A stretch of DNA of 64,000 nt from Spirochaetia bacterium (GCA_963666985.2 CAXXIA010000002.1:736001-800000), one strand, 5' to 3'. Counted from the first letter of the stretch, positions 18,683 to 28,660 are shown. Numbers and translations: made by a program. The notes: generated from the sequence alone by a model not told the origin.

Positions 18683-20151
18683 GATTCGACTCCTTTCATG
18701 GCGGTGGCGATGTCTTTCAGTCCGTTGCCCGTGAGAAGCACCACCGCGCGGTCGCTTCGGCCGGGGCCGCGCCCGGCTTCAAGGTCCGCCAATAGGCCGG
18801 CGAAAGCCGCCGAGGCGGCCGGCTCGGCAAAAAGGCCGCTGGAGGAAGAAAGCCGTCTCTGGGCCGAAACGATGGCCTCGTCGGACACCAGAAGGCAGCG
18901 GCCGTTATGGCGGATGAGTCTCTGCAGGGCGTAATAGCCGCCGCGGGGCACATCGACCGAGATGGAATCGGCGACGGTCTTCGCCGAAAGAGGCGTTCCG
19001 AAGGCTCCTTCGAGATTCGCGAAATCATCGGCCGCCGAAGCGGGAGGCGCCGAGATGTTCGTTCCGTGCGTGAAGGGGGGAAGCTCACCGGAGTGCGCCG
19101 GGACGGCGGCGCCGATTGAAGCGCCGGATTTCAGAGTACCGGCTGAAGTTCGCGCGGAAGCGGCCGTTCGTGCCAAAGCCCGCGCCAGAGCGGCGCTGCC
19201 TACGGCCTGCACGCAGACCACCTCGGGCATTCGGTCCGTCAGGCCCAGCGTCATTAGGTCCTCAAAACCCTTATACACGCCGCTGAGAATCACACCGTCG
19301 CCGGTGGGAACATAAACAACATCCGGCACAGCGGCACCGAGCTGCCGAAAAATCTCCAGGGAGACGCTTTTCTTTCCTTCCACGGTCAGGGGGTTATGCG
19401 CGGTGTTCCGTGAAAGGCCGCCGTGCGCGGTGACATAGGCCAAAGAAGCATCGAAGGCATCATCGTAGGTGCCCTCGACTTTGATGACGTTCGCTCCGTA
19501 CTGCATGGCCTGGACGATCTTCGCCGGAGGCGCGGAAGAGGGAAGATAGAGACGGACGTTCAGACCCGCGGCCGCGGCCACTCCGGCCATGGAACTGCCC
19601 GCGTTTCCGGTGGAGGCCACAACGATGTCCGGCAGGCCGCGAGAAGCGGCAAAGGCGGCCACCAGATAGCTGGCCCGGTCTTTCAGGGAGCCGGTGGGAT
19701 TGGCCGTATCGTCTTTCAAAAAGAGACCCGATCGGTCCAATTCGGAGCGAAGCCGCTTCGGAGACCAGAGCGGCGTTTCCCCCACGGGAATGGACGGAAA
19801 GAACTCGGCGGGCACCGGCATGAGGGAACGGGAATCGGCGAAAGGTGAACGGGAAGGTCCTTTCCCCGAAAAAACCCGACCGTCTTCCGGCGCACCTGCC
19901 GGAGCGGCGGCGGCACTCTTCGCGGCGCTGTTGCCGGAACCAAGATCGCCGGCGGCTTGGGCCGCGGCCGAAGTGCCGCCCAGTCCGAGCGCCGCCCAGT
20001 CCTCCGGCGTCTGACCGGAGAGCCGTACTTCCAGCTGGCCGCGAAGCGGCTGGTCGGCCGTTTGATGCGCCGCGCAGTCATCACAGAGATAGCGGCCGGT
20101 TTCAATCGGATAGGTCCGGCCGCATTCGATGCATACATATTCAAAGTTCAT
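18679..20151 (-). CDS. Threonine-synthase-like PLP enzyme with N-terminal zinc ribbon
   Basis: CIEC..CDDC, NPTGSLKDR, ASTGNAG, VPTGDG, EPAAS, LTGNGLK. Confidence 0.85.
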   Translation of the reverse strand: MNFEYVCIECGRTYPIETGRYLCDDCAAHQTADQPLRGQLEVRLSGQTPEDWAALGLGGTSAAAQAAGDLGSGNSAAKSAAAAPAGAPEDGRVFSGKGPSRSPFADSRSLMPVPAEFFPSIPVGETPLWSPKRLRSELDRSGLFLKDDTANPTGSLKDRASYLVAAFAASRGLPDIVVASTGNAGSSMAGVAAAAGLNVRLYLPSSAPPAKIVQAMQYGANVIKVEGTYDDAFDASLAYVTAHGGLSRNTAHNPLTVEGKKSVSLEIFRQLGAAVPDVVYVPTGDGVILSGVYKGFEDLMTLGLTDRMPEVVCVQAVGSAALARALARTAASARTSAGTLKSGASIGAAVPAHSGELPPFTHGTNISAPPASAADDFANLEGAFGTPLSAKTVADSISVDVPRGGYYALQRLIRHNGRCLLVSDEAIVSAQRRLSSSSGLFAEPAASAAFAGLLADLEAGRGPGRSDRAVVLLTGNGLKDIATAMKGVES

Positions 20152-20370
20152 GACCGCTTCCTCCATCGTCGCGGATAAAACAGGCCGGATATCGGCCGAT
20201 ACTTAAAGCCGGTCGTCGGCTTCGGAACCGAACGGGTATCGGCAACAAGAACCGTCGGCCGGCCGACATTCAGCCGGGCGGGAACGGCATGAAAGCCGCA
20301 TCCCCGGAACCGTCCGCTACCCGGCCAAGCGTCGGCTCCCCGGTCGTACGAAACGAACATTGCGCCCCCG

Positions 20371-20439
20371 AACGGCCGACTTGCCCGGCACATCAAGCCG
20401 GGCGGCGTCTCCGTAGGCAAAACGGCCGACTTGCCCGGC
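20371..20439. repeat. 19-bp direct repeat in a GC-rich spacer
   Basis: AACGGCCGACTTGCCCGGC at 20371 and 20421. Confidence 0.75.
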
Positions 20440-20554
20440 CGGCGCCCGGCGAGCACCCAAACCGGATAATCCCCCGAAGAACCGCCCGCTCAGCCGATCG
20501 GCAAACGGCCATTCTCCGGCTCGATAACCATTCGGGGATCACCCAAGCGGACCG

Positions 20555-21778
20555 CTAAACCTCCACGCCCTCCAAAGCATACACCAAGGACGCGTAGAAC
20601 GCCGAACAGATCACCAAATCCTCAACGCGGTTCACCTCGTTAGGAGCATGAGCCTGATTTTCATCGCCGGGACCGAAGCCGATGCCCGGGATGCCGTGGC
20701 GGCCGGAAACCGACACCAGGTTGGTGGAAAAGGTCCACTTGTCCACCACGGGTTTCTTGTCGTAAACCCCTTCGTACGCCCTCACGCCGGCCTGCACCAA
20801 AGGATGATCCGCGTCCGTCTTCCAGGTGGGGAAGTAGAGTTCCTGAGAATATTTGGTTCCCTTCCAGCCGGTCTTGCCGTAGTCGGGCATCACGCAGTCC
20901 ACTTCGGAGGCGCTTACGCCCAGGGCTTTGCCGATTTTTTCCTTCACCTGACCGATGGCCAAATCGGCATCTTCGCCCCAGGTAAGGCGGCGGTCCAGAT
21001 AAAGCCGGGCCTGGTCGGGTACGGCGCACTGGCTGGGACCGTGAACGTTGATCTGACTCACCACGACGGTTCCCTTGCCCAGGAAATTCTCCGCGTCGGG
21101 TTTGAGTTCTTCGTTGAGCTCTTCCATGGCCAGGGCGGCCCGGGCCGCTTTGTAGGCCGCCGAATCGCCGCGTTCGGGGGCCGAACCGTGAGCCGAAACG
21201 CCCTTGAGAGTCACTTCCATTTCCATGCGTCCCCGATGTCCCCGATACAGCCGGCAGCTGGTGGGTTCGGTGGAAACGGCGAAATCGGGCTTCAATCCCT
21301 CTTCCTCGATGATGTACTTCCAGCACATGCCGTCGCAGTCCTCTTCCATCACGGTGAAAGTGAACCAAATGGTCCAATCGCCGTTATACCCCAAGTCTTT
21401 GAGGATTTTCCCGGCGCTGATCATGGCGGCCGCTCCGCCTTTCTGATCGGTCGAGCCCCGGCCGTGCACCAGTCCGTTTTCGATATCGCCGCTGAAGGGA
21501 TCTTTTTTCCACTGCGCCAAATCCCCGGTTTCCACGGTGTCGATATGGGCATCGAAAACAAGAATCTTCGGGCCGCTGCCGATGCGGGCCAGAACGCTTC
21601 CCAGGGGGTCGATTTTGACTTCATCGAAGCCCATCTCTTCGCACACCTTCGCGATATGGCGGCAGACATTCTCTTCCTGACTGCTGTAGGATTTGATTTT
21701 GACCATTTCCGAAAGGATCTTCGCGGTTTGGTCTCGATAGGCCTCGGCCTTCGCTTTAACTTCTTTGGCTTTTGTCAT
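20555..21778 (-). CDS. ygeY: YgeY-family M20 metallohydrolase
   Basis: DAHIDTV, GRGSTDQKGG, EEDCDG, GHRGRME, WTFSTN, HAPNE; next to ssnA and ygfK. Confidence 0.9.
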   Translation of the reverse strand: MTKAKEVKAKAEAYRDQTAKILSEMVKIKSYSSQEENVCRHIAKVCEEMGFDEVKIDPLGSVLARIGSGPKILVFDAHIDTVETGDLAQWKKDPFSGDIENGLVHGRGSTDQKGGAAAMISAGKILKDLGYNGDWTIWFTFTVMEEDCDGMCWKYIIEEEGLKPDFAVSTEPTSCRLYRGHRGRMEMEVTLKGVSAHGSAPERGDSAAYKAARAALAMEELNEELKPDAENFLGKGTVVVSQINVHGPSQCAVPDQARLYLDRRLTWGEDADLAIGQVKEKIGKALGVSASEVDCVMPDYGKTGWKGTKYSQELYFPTWKTDADHPLVQAGVRAYEGVYDKKPVVDKWTFSTNLVSVSGRHGIPGIGFGPGDENQAHAPNEVNRVEDLVICSAFYASLVYALEGVEV

Positions 21779-21959
21779 TTTGGCTGATCTCCTTGGTATC
21801 GTTATCTTTTTCTTAACATGTTCTTTTTTTATGTTCCTGCCGTCTTCCTCGGGTTTTTAGAAGTCGGAAGGCAGAATACAGGAGTCGGAATACAGGCGGC
21901 GGGAGGTCTTGCGGCCGGTCTGGGAATGGCCTCGACACTCGGCACCTCCCGGCTCCTTT

Positions 21960-23297
21960 CTAACTCTCAATTTCCTCCATCCGCTTCCACATCTGTTTTG
22001 CCGCTTCCTCGGCGCCCGCGGCGATGGCCGCTTCATCGATTTCAACCGGGAATTTTCCGTCACGGAGCACGATTTTCCCGTCGATAATCACCGTTTCGGT
22101 GATGCCGGCGTTCCAGCCGAAAACAAAATGCCCCGCGATGTTCTCAGGCACCAGCGGCGTGGGAGCCGCGTAGCGGGCCACCACCACATCGGCTTTGTAT
22201 CCGCTCTCCAAGCGTCCGAAGGATTGACCGAAAAGCCTTTCCAGAATTCGATTGCCGGCCTGAAGGGCCTTCATAAAGTCTCCGGGCCACCACTTTCCGT
22301 GTTCATCCTTGTGCTTGAAATAGGCCGTCTGCATTTCGGTGTACATATCCGAGCCGATTCCGTCGGTTCCCAACGCCAGGTTATGCACTTTGGGCAGATT
22401 ATGGTTATAGCCCACGCCGTTGTTCATGTTGGAGCGGGCGTTATGAATCAGAAATCCGTCGCGGCCGTTGAGAATGTCCAGTTCGCCTTCGGAGAGATGA
22501 ACGCCGTGAACCAGAAGGGTTCGGCTGTCCAGAAGACCGTGGCGGTCCAGCCGGGCCACGATATCTTCGCCGTAAACGGCATGGGAATGGGAAACATCGT
22601 AGCGGTCTTCGGCCACATGGAGATGCAGTCCCCGGCCCGTTTCCCTGATAACATCGGCCATGCCTTCCAGAGCTTCTTCGGGAAGGGTGCAGGGGGCATG
22701 GCCGCCGATGCAGGCTTCCACGAGGTGCGGCCCCTCTCCCCGATCGGCGGCGGCTTGGGTGTCATGAGCGAAACGCCGATTCTCTTCGATACCGGCCAGC
22801 ATGTCCTGGCGGCCGTGGCGGTCGGTCACCTCATAACAGGTGGCGCCCCTCACGCCGAGAAGCTCCATGCCCTGTTTAATCACGTCCAGCGATCCCTCGA
22901 TAAACGCCGGGGAGGCGTGATGGTCGATGATGGAGGTTGTGCCGTTGCGGATCGCCTCCATGGAGGCGATAAGAGTGCTGAAATGCAGGGCATCTTCATC
23001 AATGGCCCGATCCAGCCGCCACCAGAGTTCCTTCAAAATGGAAACGAAATCCGGCGTAGGGCCGATGGGCGCCAGAACTCCCCGGCTCAATGCCGAGTAG
23101 ATATGATGATGCGAACAGACAATCCCGGGAAAAACGATGCGGCCCGAACCGTCGATGGTTTCATCGGCGGCGACTTTTCTGGCCGCCCCGGTTTTCACCG
23201 CGGCGATTTTATCATCCTCAATGACGATGTCGCAGTTCTCCCGAATACGGGGCGGATGGAATTCAACGGCTGTGACGTTTTTTATTACGATGATCAT
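21960..23297 (-). CDS. ssnA: SsnA-family amidohydrolase
   Basis: HHHIYS, WWRLDRA, DHHASP, HVAED, SNMNNGVG. Confidence 0.9.
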   Translation of the reverse strand: MIIVIKNVTAVEFHPPRIRENCDIVIEDDKIAAVKTGAARKVAADETIDGSGRIVFPGIVCSHHHIYSALSRGVLAPIGPTPDFVSILKELWWRLDRAIDEDALHFSTLIASMEAIRNGTTSIIDHHASPAFIEGSLDVIKQGMELLGVRGATCYEVTDRHGRQDMLAGIEENRRFAHDTQAAADRGEGPHLVEACIGGHAPCTLPEEALEGMADVIRETGRGLHLHVAEDRYDVSHSHAVYGEDIVARLDRHGLLDSRTLLVHGVHLSEGELDILNGRDGFLIHNARSNMNNGVGYNHNLPKVHNLALGTDGIGSDMYTEMQTAYFKHKDEHGKWWPGDFMKALQAGNRILERLFGQSFGRLESGYKADVVVARYAAPTPLVPENIAGHFVFGWNAGITETVIIDGKIVLRDGKFPVEIDEAAIAAGAEEAAKQMWKRMEEIES

Positions 23298-26200
23298 ACG
23301 GCGGCCTCCTCAGGCGTTTTCTCTTCTACCTTGCCGAAGAGCGAGGGCATGTCCCGAAGAACCAGTTCGAAAAGACGGAAGAATCGGCCGGCGTCCGGAG
23401 CGCCCGCTCCTTCGCCGCACTTCGCCGTTCCGGAATCTTTCACCGTTTCGGCACCCTTCACCCGTCCGTCCCGAACCGGCAGAGTTCCGCAGAAATCGCC
23501 GAGTCTCCAGGTTAGGATATCTTTGTGAAGGAACCATCCCGAGTTGGTACTGTCGCCGAAATCCTCGGCGCTGCTGAATACCGTGGGCTTATCCCGGTAG
23601 GGCACGCCGTTCGTCCAAGGACAGAAATGCCCGCAGTTTCCGCACTCGTTGCAGTACGCGTCGATATGGACAATCTGCGCGGAATCGGAAAAGAGCGGTT
23701 CGGCCTCGGTATCCACCGGAAAGGCCAGGTTCGCCCGGTTCGGACAGACATCGGCGCATTTGTCGCAGATATAGTTGCATTCCAGGCACCGCCGCGATTC
23801 GGCGGCCGCGAACGGCTCGGGATTCGCTCTGTCGAAGGGCCGCTTAAGAGAAGGCGTAATCGTTCCTTTTTTCACGCGGATCTCATCCCTCTGCGCTTCG
23901 GCGCTCCAGGAAGGCACGTTCTCTTGATAACGCCAATCGCCCTGCGGCCCATACATCGCTTCCATCACGGCATCGGCGGCCCTTCGGCCTTCGGCGATGC
24001 ATCTTACGATGGTGGAAGGACCGGTTCGCCCGTCGCCCGCCAAATACACGCCGTCCTGTTCGCTCATCTGATTCGCGTCGGTTACCATCCGTCCGCGCTC
24101 ATCGGCCGCCAGACCCAGAGCCGCATAGTTCGCCGAGTCCGGCCTGTCGCCGATGGCGTACAGAACCGTACCCACCTTCCAGGTTTCGGTGGAATCGGTC
24201 GCCACCGGACTCCGGCGGCCTGAGGAATCCTTCTCGCCGAGTTCCATCACACGAGCGGTCAAGGTTCCGTCGGCGTCAAACCGTTCGGGATTGCGCAGCC
24301 AGGCGAATTTCACTCCGTCGGCCAGAGCGTCTTTATATTCCTCCCGACTCGCGGGCATCTGTTCAAAGGAGCGGCGGTAGAGAATCCAGCTCTCCTTCAC
24401 GCCCGGAGATCGCAAGGCCGAGCGGGCCGCGTCCATGGACGTATCCCCGGCGCCGACGGTCACCACCGTTTCGCCCATGTTCTCAGGGAAAATCCCTTTG
24501 TTGAAATTATAGAGAAATTGAGCGGCGGGAATCACATTGGGATTCTCGCCCTCCACCGGCAGCTTCGGACTGTCCCAGGTTCCGATACCCAGAATCACCT
24601 TCTCAAAACCGGCCGCCTTTAATCCGGCAACCGTCACGTCCTTTTCTCCGAAACGGAACTCGGCGCCCATGGCTTTAATCACATCGATATCGCTGTCGAT
24701 AGCCTCCCGGCTAATCCGAAAATGCGGCACCACGTACCGAACCACCCCGCCCGCATCGTCTTCACGTTCAAACACCGTCACGGGAACTCCGCTTCGCGCC
24801 AGAAAATAGGCGGCGCTGAGTCCCGCCGGGCCGGCCCCGACAACCGCCACCTTCGGCCCGGAACGTTTATCAGGCGCGCTCCATCGCCGGCGCCATTCGT
24901 CCATTCCCTTTTCCACGGCCATCAGCTTAATTTCCCGGATGTTCACCGGCCCCTCGTAATCAAGGCGCGTACAGCGAATCTGGCACTGATGATCGCAAAT
25001 GGTCCCGGTGATGGAGGGCAGCGCGTTGCGTTCATAAATCAAATCCAGGGCGTCGGCATACCGGCCCTCGCCCACCAGCCGAACGTACTCGGGGATATGC
25101 TGACCGATGGCGCAGGCGGTGGTGCACGGCGCCACATAGCAGTTGGTCATCGGCAAAGAACCCGCGGTCCGCACCTCATCGGTGCCGCGGAACTCTTTCA
25201 AAACCGTCGGCTCGGTTCGTGCCGCTTCGGCCAGAACCGTCACGCCCGGCACATCGATGGAAGGCAAATCCCATCCGGAAGCGGCTTCCAGAGCCTCGGC
25301 GATCTGTTTCTGACGGCGGTAACCGCCGGGCTTGAGCATGTCGCTGCACAGCGTCAGAGGCCTGATTCCCGTGGCCAGCAGTCCCGGAGCGGTATGAATC
25401 GTTACGCCGCCGGAATAGGAAATGGGGATGCGTCCGTCGAAGGCTTCGGAAACAAGGGAGGCCACGGCCGAGGTAATAGGATACAGGGCGCGGCCGGACA
25501 TATACATTTCATCCCCGGGCAGTTCCTCCCGGTTGTTGATCGACGCCAGAGTGTTGGTAAGCTTCACGCCGAAACGCCGGCCCTTCCCGGCGGCAAAAGC
25601 CTCCAGACGGGCGAGCATGGCCTTGGCGTCGCTCCACTGCAAATCGTGCGTGAACGACTCTTCCTTCATGCCGACGTTTTGAAAGCCCAAACCGTCCAGA
25701 ATTCCCCTGACGGTTTCATACCCCAGAAGCGTCGGGTTGAGCTTCACGAACGTATCCAGCCCCTTTTCGCCCAGCATGTATCTGCAAATGGATTCAATCT
25801 CCGTCGGAGGACAGCCGTGCATCGTCGAAAGCGTTACGTTGCCGGCGATTTTCCCTGAGATTTTTTGGGGAAGACCCCCGAAGCCGTTTCGGCGATCTTC
25901 CAATCCCGTACCCTTCAGGAAGTCAGGGTCGTCCAAACGCTCATCAAGTTCGGCAATCCATCCTTGAAACCGCGCCTGGTCGCCGGAATCCTTCATCCTC
26001 TCGATATATTCATCCATCCGGGGATTCTTGATGCCTTCGAGGTTATAGCCCACCGAAATGTTGAACACGAAAGAACGTTCCAAGCCCGGCATTCCCAAAT
26101 CGAAAAGCTCTTCCAGGAAATGCAGAAGAATCCAGGCCTTGGCGTATTCCTCCCAGGCCTGCCCCAGAGTGAGTTCGGTCGACCACTCGGTGTTGAAGCC

Positions 26201-26509
26201 CTCATCGGTCATGTCGATGCAGGGCTTGGCGATTTCCAGAGCGTCGAGGATCTGAACGGTCTTCAGTTCGATGAACCGGCTTCCGGTCAGATACGAGGTG
26301 ATGATGTTCTGGGCGATTTGCGTCTGCGGACCGGCCGCCGGACCGAGCGGGACCGAAATCTTTCTGCCGAAAACCTCATACACACGGTCGTCCGACTTGC
26401 GGTAGAAATCCGCCTCAGGGATACCGAAGATGCTGCGGCCGTGCCGCCACTCATCCATCATCCTGTCGATGAGGCCGCCGAAGGGAATCATGCGCATTTT
26501 GTCACTCAT
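23294..26509 (-). CDS. ygfK: YgfK-family flavin/Fe-S oxidoreductase
   Basis: GPAAGP, ELKTVQ, STMHGCPP, KLNPTLLG, GVKLTNT, GAGPAG, ferredoxin CxxC motifs, CNECGNC. Confidence 0.92.
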   Translation of the reverse strand: MSDKMRMIPFGGLIDRMMDEWRHGRSIFGIPEADFYRKSDDRVYEVFGRKISVPLGPAAGPQTQIAQNIITSYLTGSRFIELKTVQILDALEIAKPCIDMTDEGFNTEWSTELTLGQAWEEYAKAWILLHFLEELFDLGMPGLERSFVFNISVGYNLEGIKNPRMDEYIERMKDSGDQARFQGWIAELDERLDDPDFLKGTGLEDRRNGFGGLPQKISGKIAGNVTLSTMHGCPPTEIESICRYMLGEKGLDTFVKLNPTLLGYETVRGILDGLGFQNVGMKEESFTHDLQWSDAKAMLARLEAFAAGKGRRFGVKLTNTLASINNREELPGDEMYMSGRALYPITSAVASLVSEAFDGRIPISYSGGVTIHTAPGLLATGIRPLTLCSDMLKPGGYRRQKQIAEALEAASGWDLPSIDVPGVTVLAEAARTEPTVLKEFRGTDEVRTAGSLPMTNCYVAPCTTACAIGQHIPEYVRLVGEGRYADALDLIYERNALPSITGTICDHQCQIRCTRLDYEGPVNIREIKLMAVEKGMDEWRRRWSAPDKRSGPKVAVVGAGPAGLSAAYFLARSGVPVTVFEREDDAGGVVRYVVPHFRISREAIDSDIDVIKAMGAEFRFGEKDVTVAGLKAAGFEKVILGIGTWDSPKLPVEGENPNVIPAAQFLYNFNKGIFPENMGETVVTVGAGDTSMDAARSALRSPGVKESWILYRRSFEQMPASREEYKDALADGVKFAWLRNPERFDADGTLTARVMELGEKDSSGRRSPVATDSTETWKVGTVLYAIGDRPDSANYAALGLAADERGRMVTDANQMSEQDGVYLAGDGRTGPSTIVRCIAEGRRAADAVMEAMYGPQGDWRYQENVPSWSAEAQRDEIRVKKGTITPSLKRPFDRANPEPFAAAESRRCLECNYICDKCADVCPNRANLAFPVDTEAEPLFSDSAQIVHIDAYCNECGNCGHFCPWTNGVPYRDKPTVFSSAEDFGDSTNSGWFLHKDILTWRLGDFCGTLPVRDGRVKGAETVKDSGTAKCGEGAGAPDAGRFFRLFELVLRDMPSLFGKVEEKTPEEAAV

Positions 26510-27051
26510 GGAGCGCTCCTGGTTCCGAATCGGGATTCATAAAGGCCCACACAGCGCCGGCGCGCTTTATGATAAGCATTCCGAATCGGAAAAACACTAT
26601 TAGGACGGCCGTACGGCCTGTCGAATTTGCATGGATTATTATTCAATCCCGAATCTTGAGGGTGCGAAGTTTCATTCCTGTTGCAAAATTGCGGCGGGAA
26701 GCCGGCCGAACGGGCATCGGGATATCCTGCGAGGCCGGCGCCGTTTTTTCGCGCTCCGCCCTTGCTCAATCCGAAAGATACGGACAGGATGAAAATCCCA
26801 TCGGGGAACATTTTGTTCCTGCCGACCAACATGCCCTCCTCTTCGCCGATACAGGCGTCGGACGGGCCCGGATAGCGATACGTCCACGGGTCCCGATTCT
26901 CGGGACTCGCCGTTCCGGCCCGCCGATCCTCTCTGTCCGCCGTTCTCATCCGAATTGGATTCGAACGGTCTTAACCCGCCGCCCATGACGGGGGCGGATT
27001 CAATCCTTTTTGGAGTTTACCTGAAAAAAAGGATAAGGAAAAAATCAGTAA

Positions 27052-27151
27052 AAGCAATTTCATCATTCATGAAATTGCTTGTTTCCGACGGCCGGAAGCC
27101 CTCCGGATTCGTATTAGAGGGGCCTCATTTCAAAAATCGTTGATTTTTGAA
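27052..27151. promoter_or_regulatory. Two perfect AT-rich palindromes (candidate operators) in the divergent ygfK/BMP spacer
   Basis: AAGCAATTTCAT-N5-ATGAAATTGCTT (27052-27080); TTCAAAAATC-N3-GATTTTTGAA (27129-27151). Confidence 0.5.
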
Positions 27152-27355
27152 TCGCCTCGGCAAACTTGCACGGATTCCCGGCAAGTCGAGCAAAAGAATA
27201 GGCGCGCTCCAACACGGTGTCAACGGTCCTTTGTGCATTTTCAAAGCTCCCTTCGGCAGACATTTACAAAACCTACGCTTTTGTAGGAAGACAGTCCGAT
27301 ATTAAACGAAAACTCAGGAATGGAACGATTCTCCATCAGAGTCCATGAGAAAATA

Positions 27356-27384
27356 TTGACAGGGCGGAAAACGGGGAATAGTGT
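27356..27384 (+). promoter_or_regulatory. Sigma70-type promoter for the BMP gene
   Basis: TTGACA-17 bp-TAGTGT upstream of AAGGAG RBS. Confidence 0.5.
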
Positions 27385-27420
27385 TTTCCAATCATTGAAT
27401 ATTAACAAAAGGAGAAATCA

Positions 27421-28605
27421 ATGAAAAAGACGTTGTTGATCCTGTTATCACTTGTTCTTGTTTCAACCGCCGCATTCGCCGGCGGCAGCGGAGAGGCCGC
27501 CTCCAAAGCATCGGGTGAAACAATAAAAGCCGGTCTGATCTACATCGGGCCCGCCGGAGACTTCGGCTGGACCTACGCTCACGAGATGGGCCGTGTGTAC
27601 GCGGAAGAAAAACTGCCCTGGCTCGAAACCATCATCGTGGAAAGCGTTCCCGAGGGCGATGCGGTGCGGTTCATCGACCGTCTGGTCCAGGAACAGCACG
27701 TCGATGTCGTGTTCACCACCAGCTTCGGCTACATGGAAGATACCGTTAAAGTCGCCGAAAAATATCCCGACGTTAAGTTCTTTCACTGCTCCGGCTACAT
27801 GAATGCTCCCAACATGGGCAACTACATGGCCGACATGTACCAAATCTATTATCTGAACGGTCTCATGGCCGGCGCCATTTCCAAATCCGATAAAATCGGT
27901 TACGTGGCGGCGTTTCCCATTCCCGAACTCTTCCGCCACATGAACGCTTTCGCCATCGGTGTGAAAGAGACAAATCCGGAAGCAACCATCAATGTGAAAT
28001 GGACCTTCGCCTGGTATGGTCCCGACAAAGCCCGCGAAGCCGCCGAAGCCCTTGTGGCCGAAGGCTGCGATGTTCTCGGCTTTACCGAGGATACTCCCAC
28101 GGTTATCGAAGTCGCCCAGTCCTATCAGAACAAAGGGAAAAAGATTTACGCGCTCTCTCACTACAGCCCGATGCAGGCTTATGGAAAAGACGCCGTCATC
28201 ACCGGCCAGCTCACCAACTGGGGCCCCCTGATGGTCCAAATGCTGGAAGATGTGAAAGCCGGCAAAGCGGAAGATCTTTCCAACTACGCTCTTCTGGATC
28301 TTCTGGATTCCGGTTCCGTTGAACTCGGCGCTTCCTGGGAAGAGAAAATCAATCCCGCGTACGTGGATACCTTCAAGGGCATCATGACCGACAACGCCGA
28401 CTTCGGCAAAATCAGCGTCTACGACCTGGTTATGAAGCGTTACGATCAGATGAAGAAAGGCCGGGATGTTTTCGATCCTTTCACGGGTCCTCTCTTTGAC
28501 ATGGACGGCAAACAGGTGGCCGCCGAGGGCGAAGTCCTCAGCATCGGACACCTCTTCGGCGAAATGAACTATCAGCTGGATAACTTCGTTACTCCGCTGC
28601 CGTAA
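27421..28605 (+). CDS. BMP-family ABC substrate-binding protein (purine/nucleoside-type)
   Basis: GDFGWTYAH, TSFGYM, HCSGY, FPIPE, WYGP motifs; AFAGG signal peptide. Confidence 0.9.
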   Translation: MKKTLLILLSLVLVSTAAFAGGSGEAASKASGETIKAGLIYIGPAGDFGWTYAHEMGRVYAEEKLPWLETIIVESVPEGDAVRFIDRLVQEQHVDVVFTTSFGYMEDTVKVAEKYPDVKFFHCSGYMNAPNMGNYMADMYQIYYLNGLMAGAISKSDKIGYVAAFPIPELFRHMNAFAIGVKETNPEATINVKWTFAWYGPDKAREAAEALVAEGCDVLGFTEDTPTVIEVAQSYQNKGKKIYALSHYSPMQAYGKDAVITGQLTNWGPLMVQMLEDVKAGKAEDLSNYALLDLLDSGSVELGASWEEKINPAYVDTFKGIMTDNADFGKISVYDLVMKRYDQMKKGRDVFDPFTGPLFDMDGKQVAAEGEVLSIGHLFGEMNYQLDNFVTPLP

Positions 28606-28622
28606 CACACGGAAAACTCGGC

Positions 28623-28660
28623 AAAAAAGGGGCTGTCTTCTCACGGACGGCCCTTTTTTT
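28623..28660 (+). terminator. Rho-independent terminator
   Basis: GGGCTGTC/GACGGCCC stem flanked by A and T runs. Confidence 0.8.

Noticed and set aside
14899..26509. Selenocysteine read-through in the xdh/ygfK cluster
   Set aside because: All ORFs look full length with no in-frame TGA that needs recoding
26506..26988. ORFs of 104-147 aa upstream of ygfK
   Set aside because: Overlapping frames on both strands with Arg/Pro-rich non-protein-like composition; treated as non-coding
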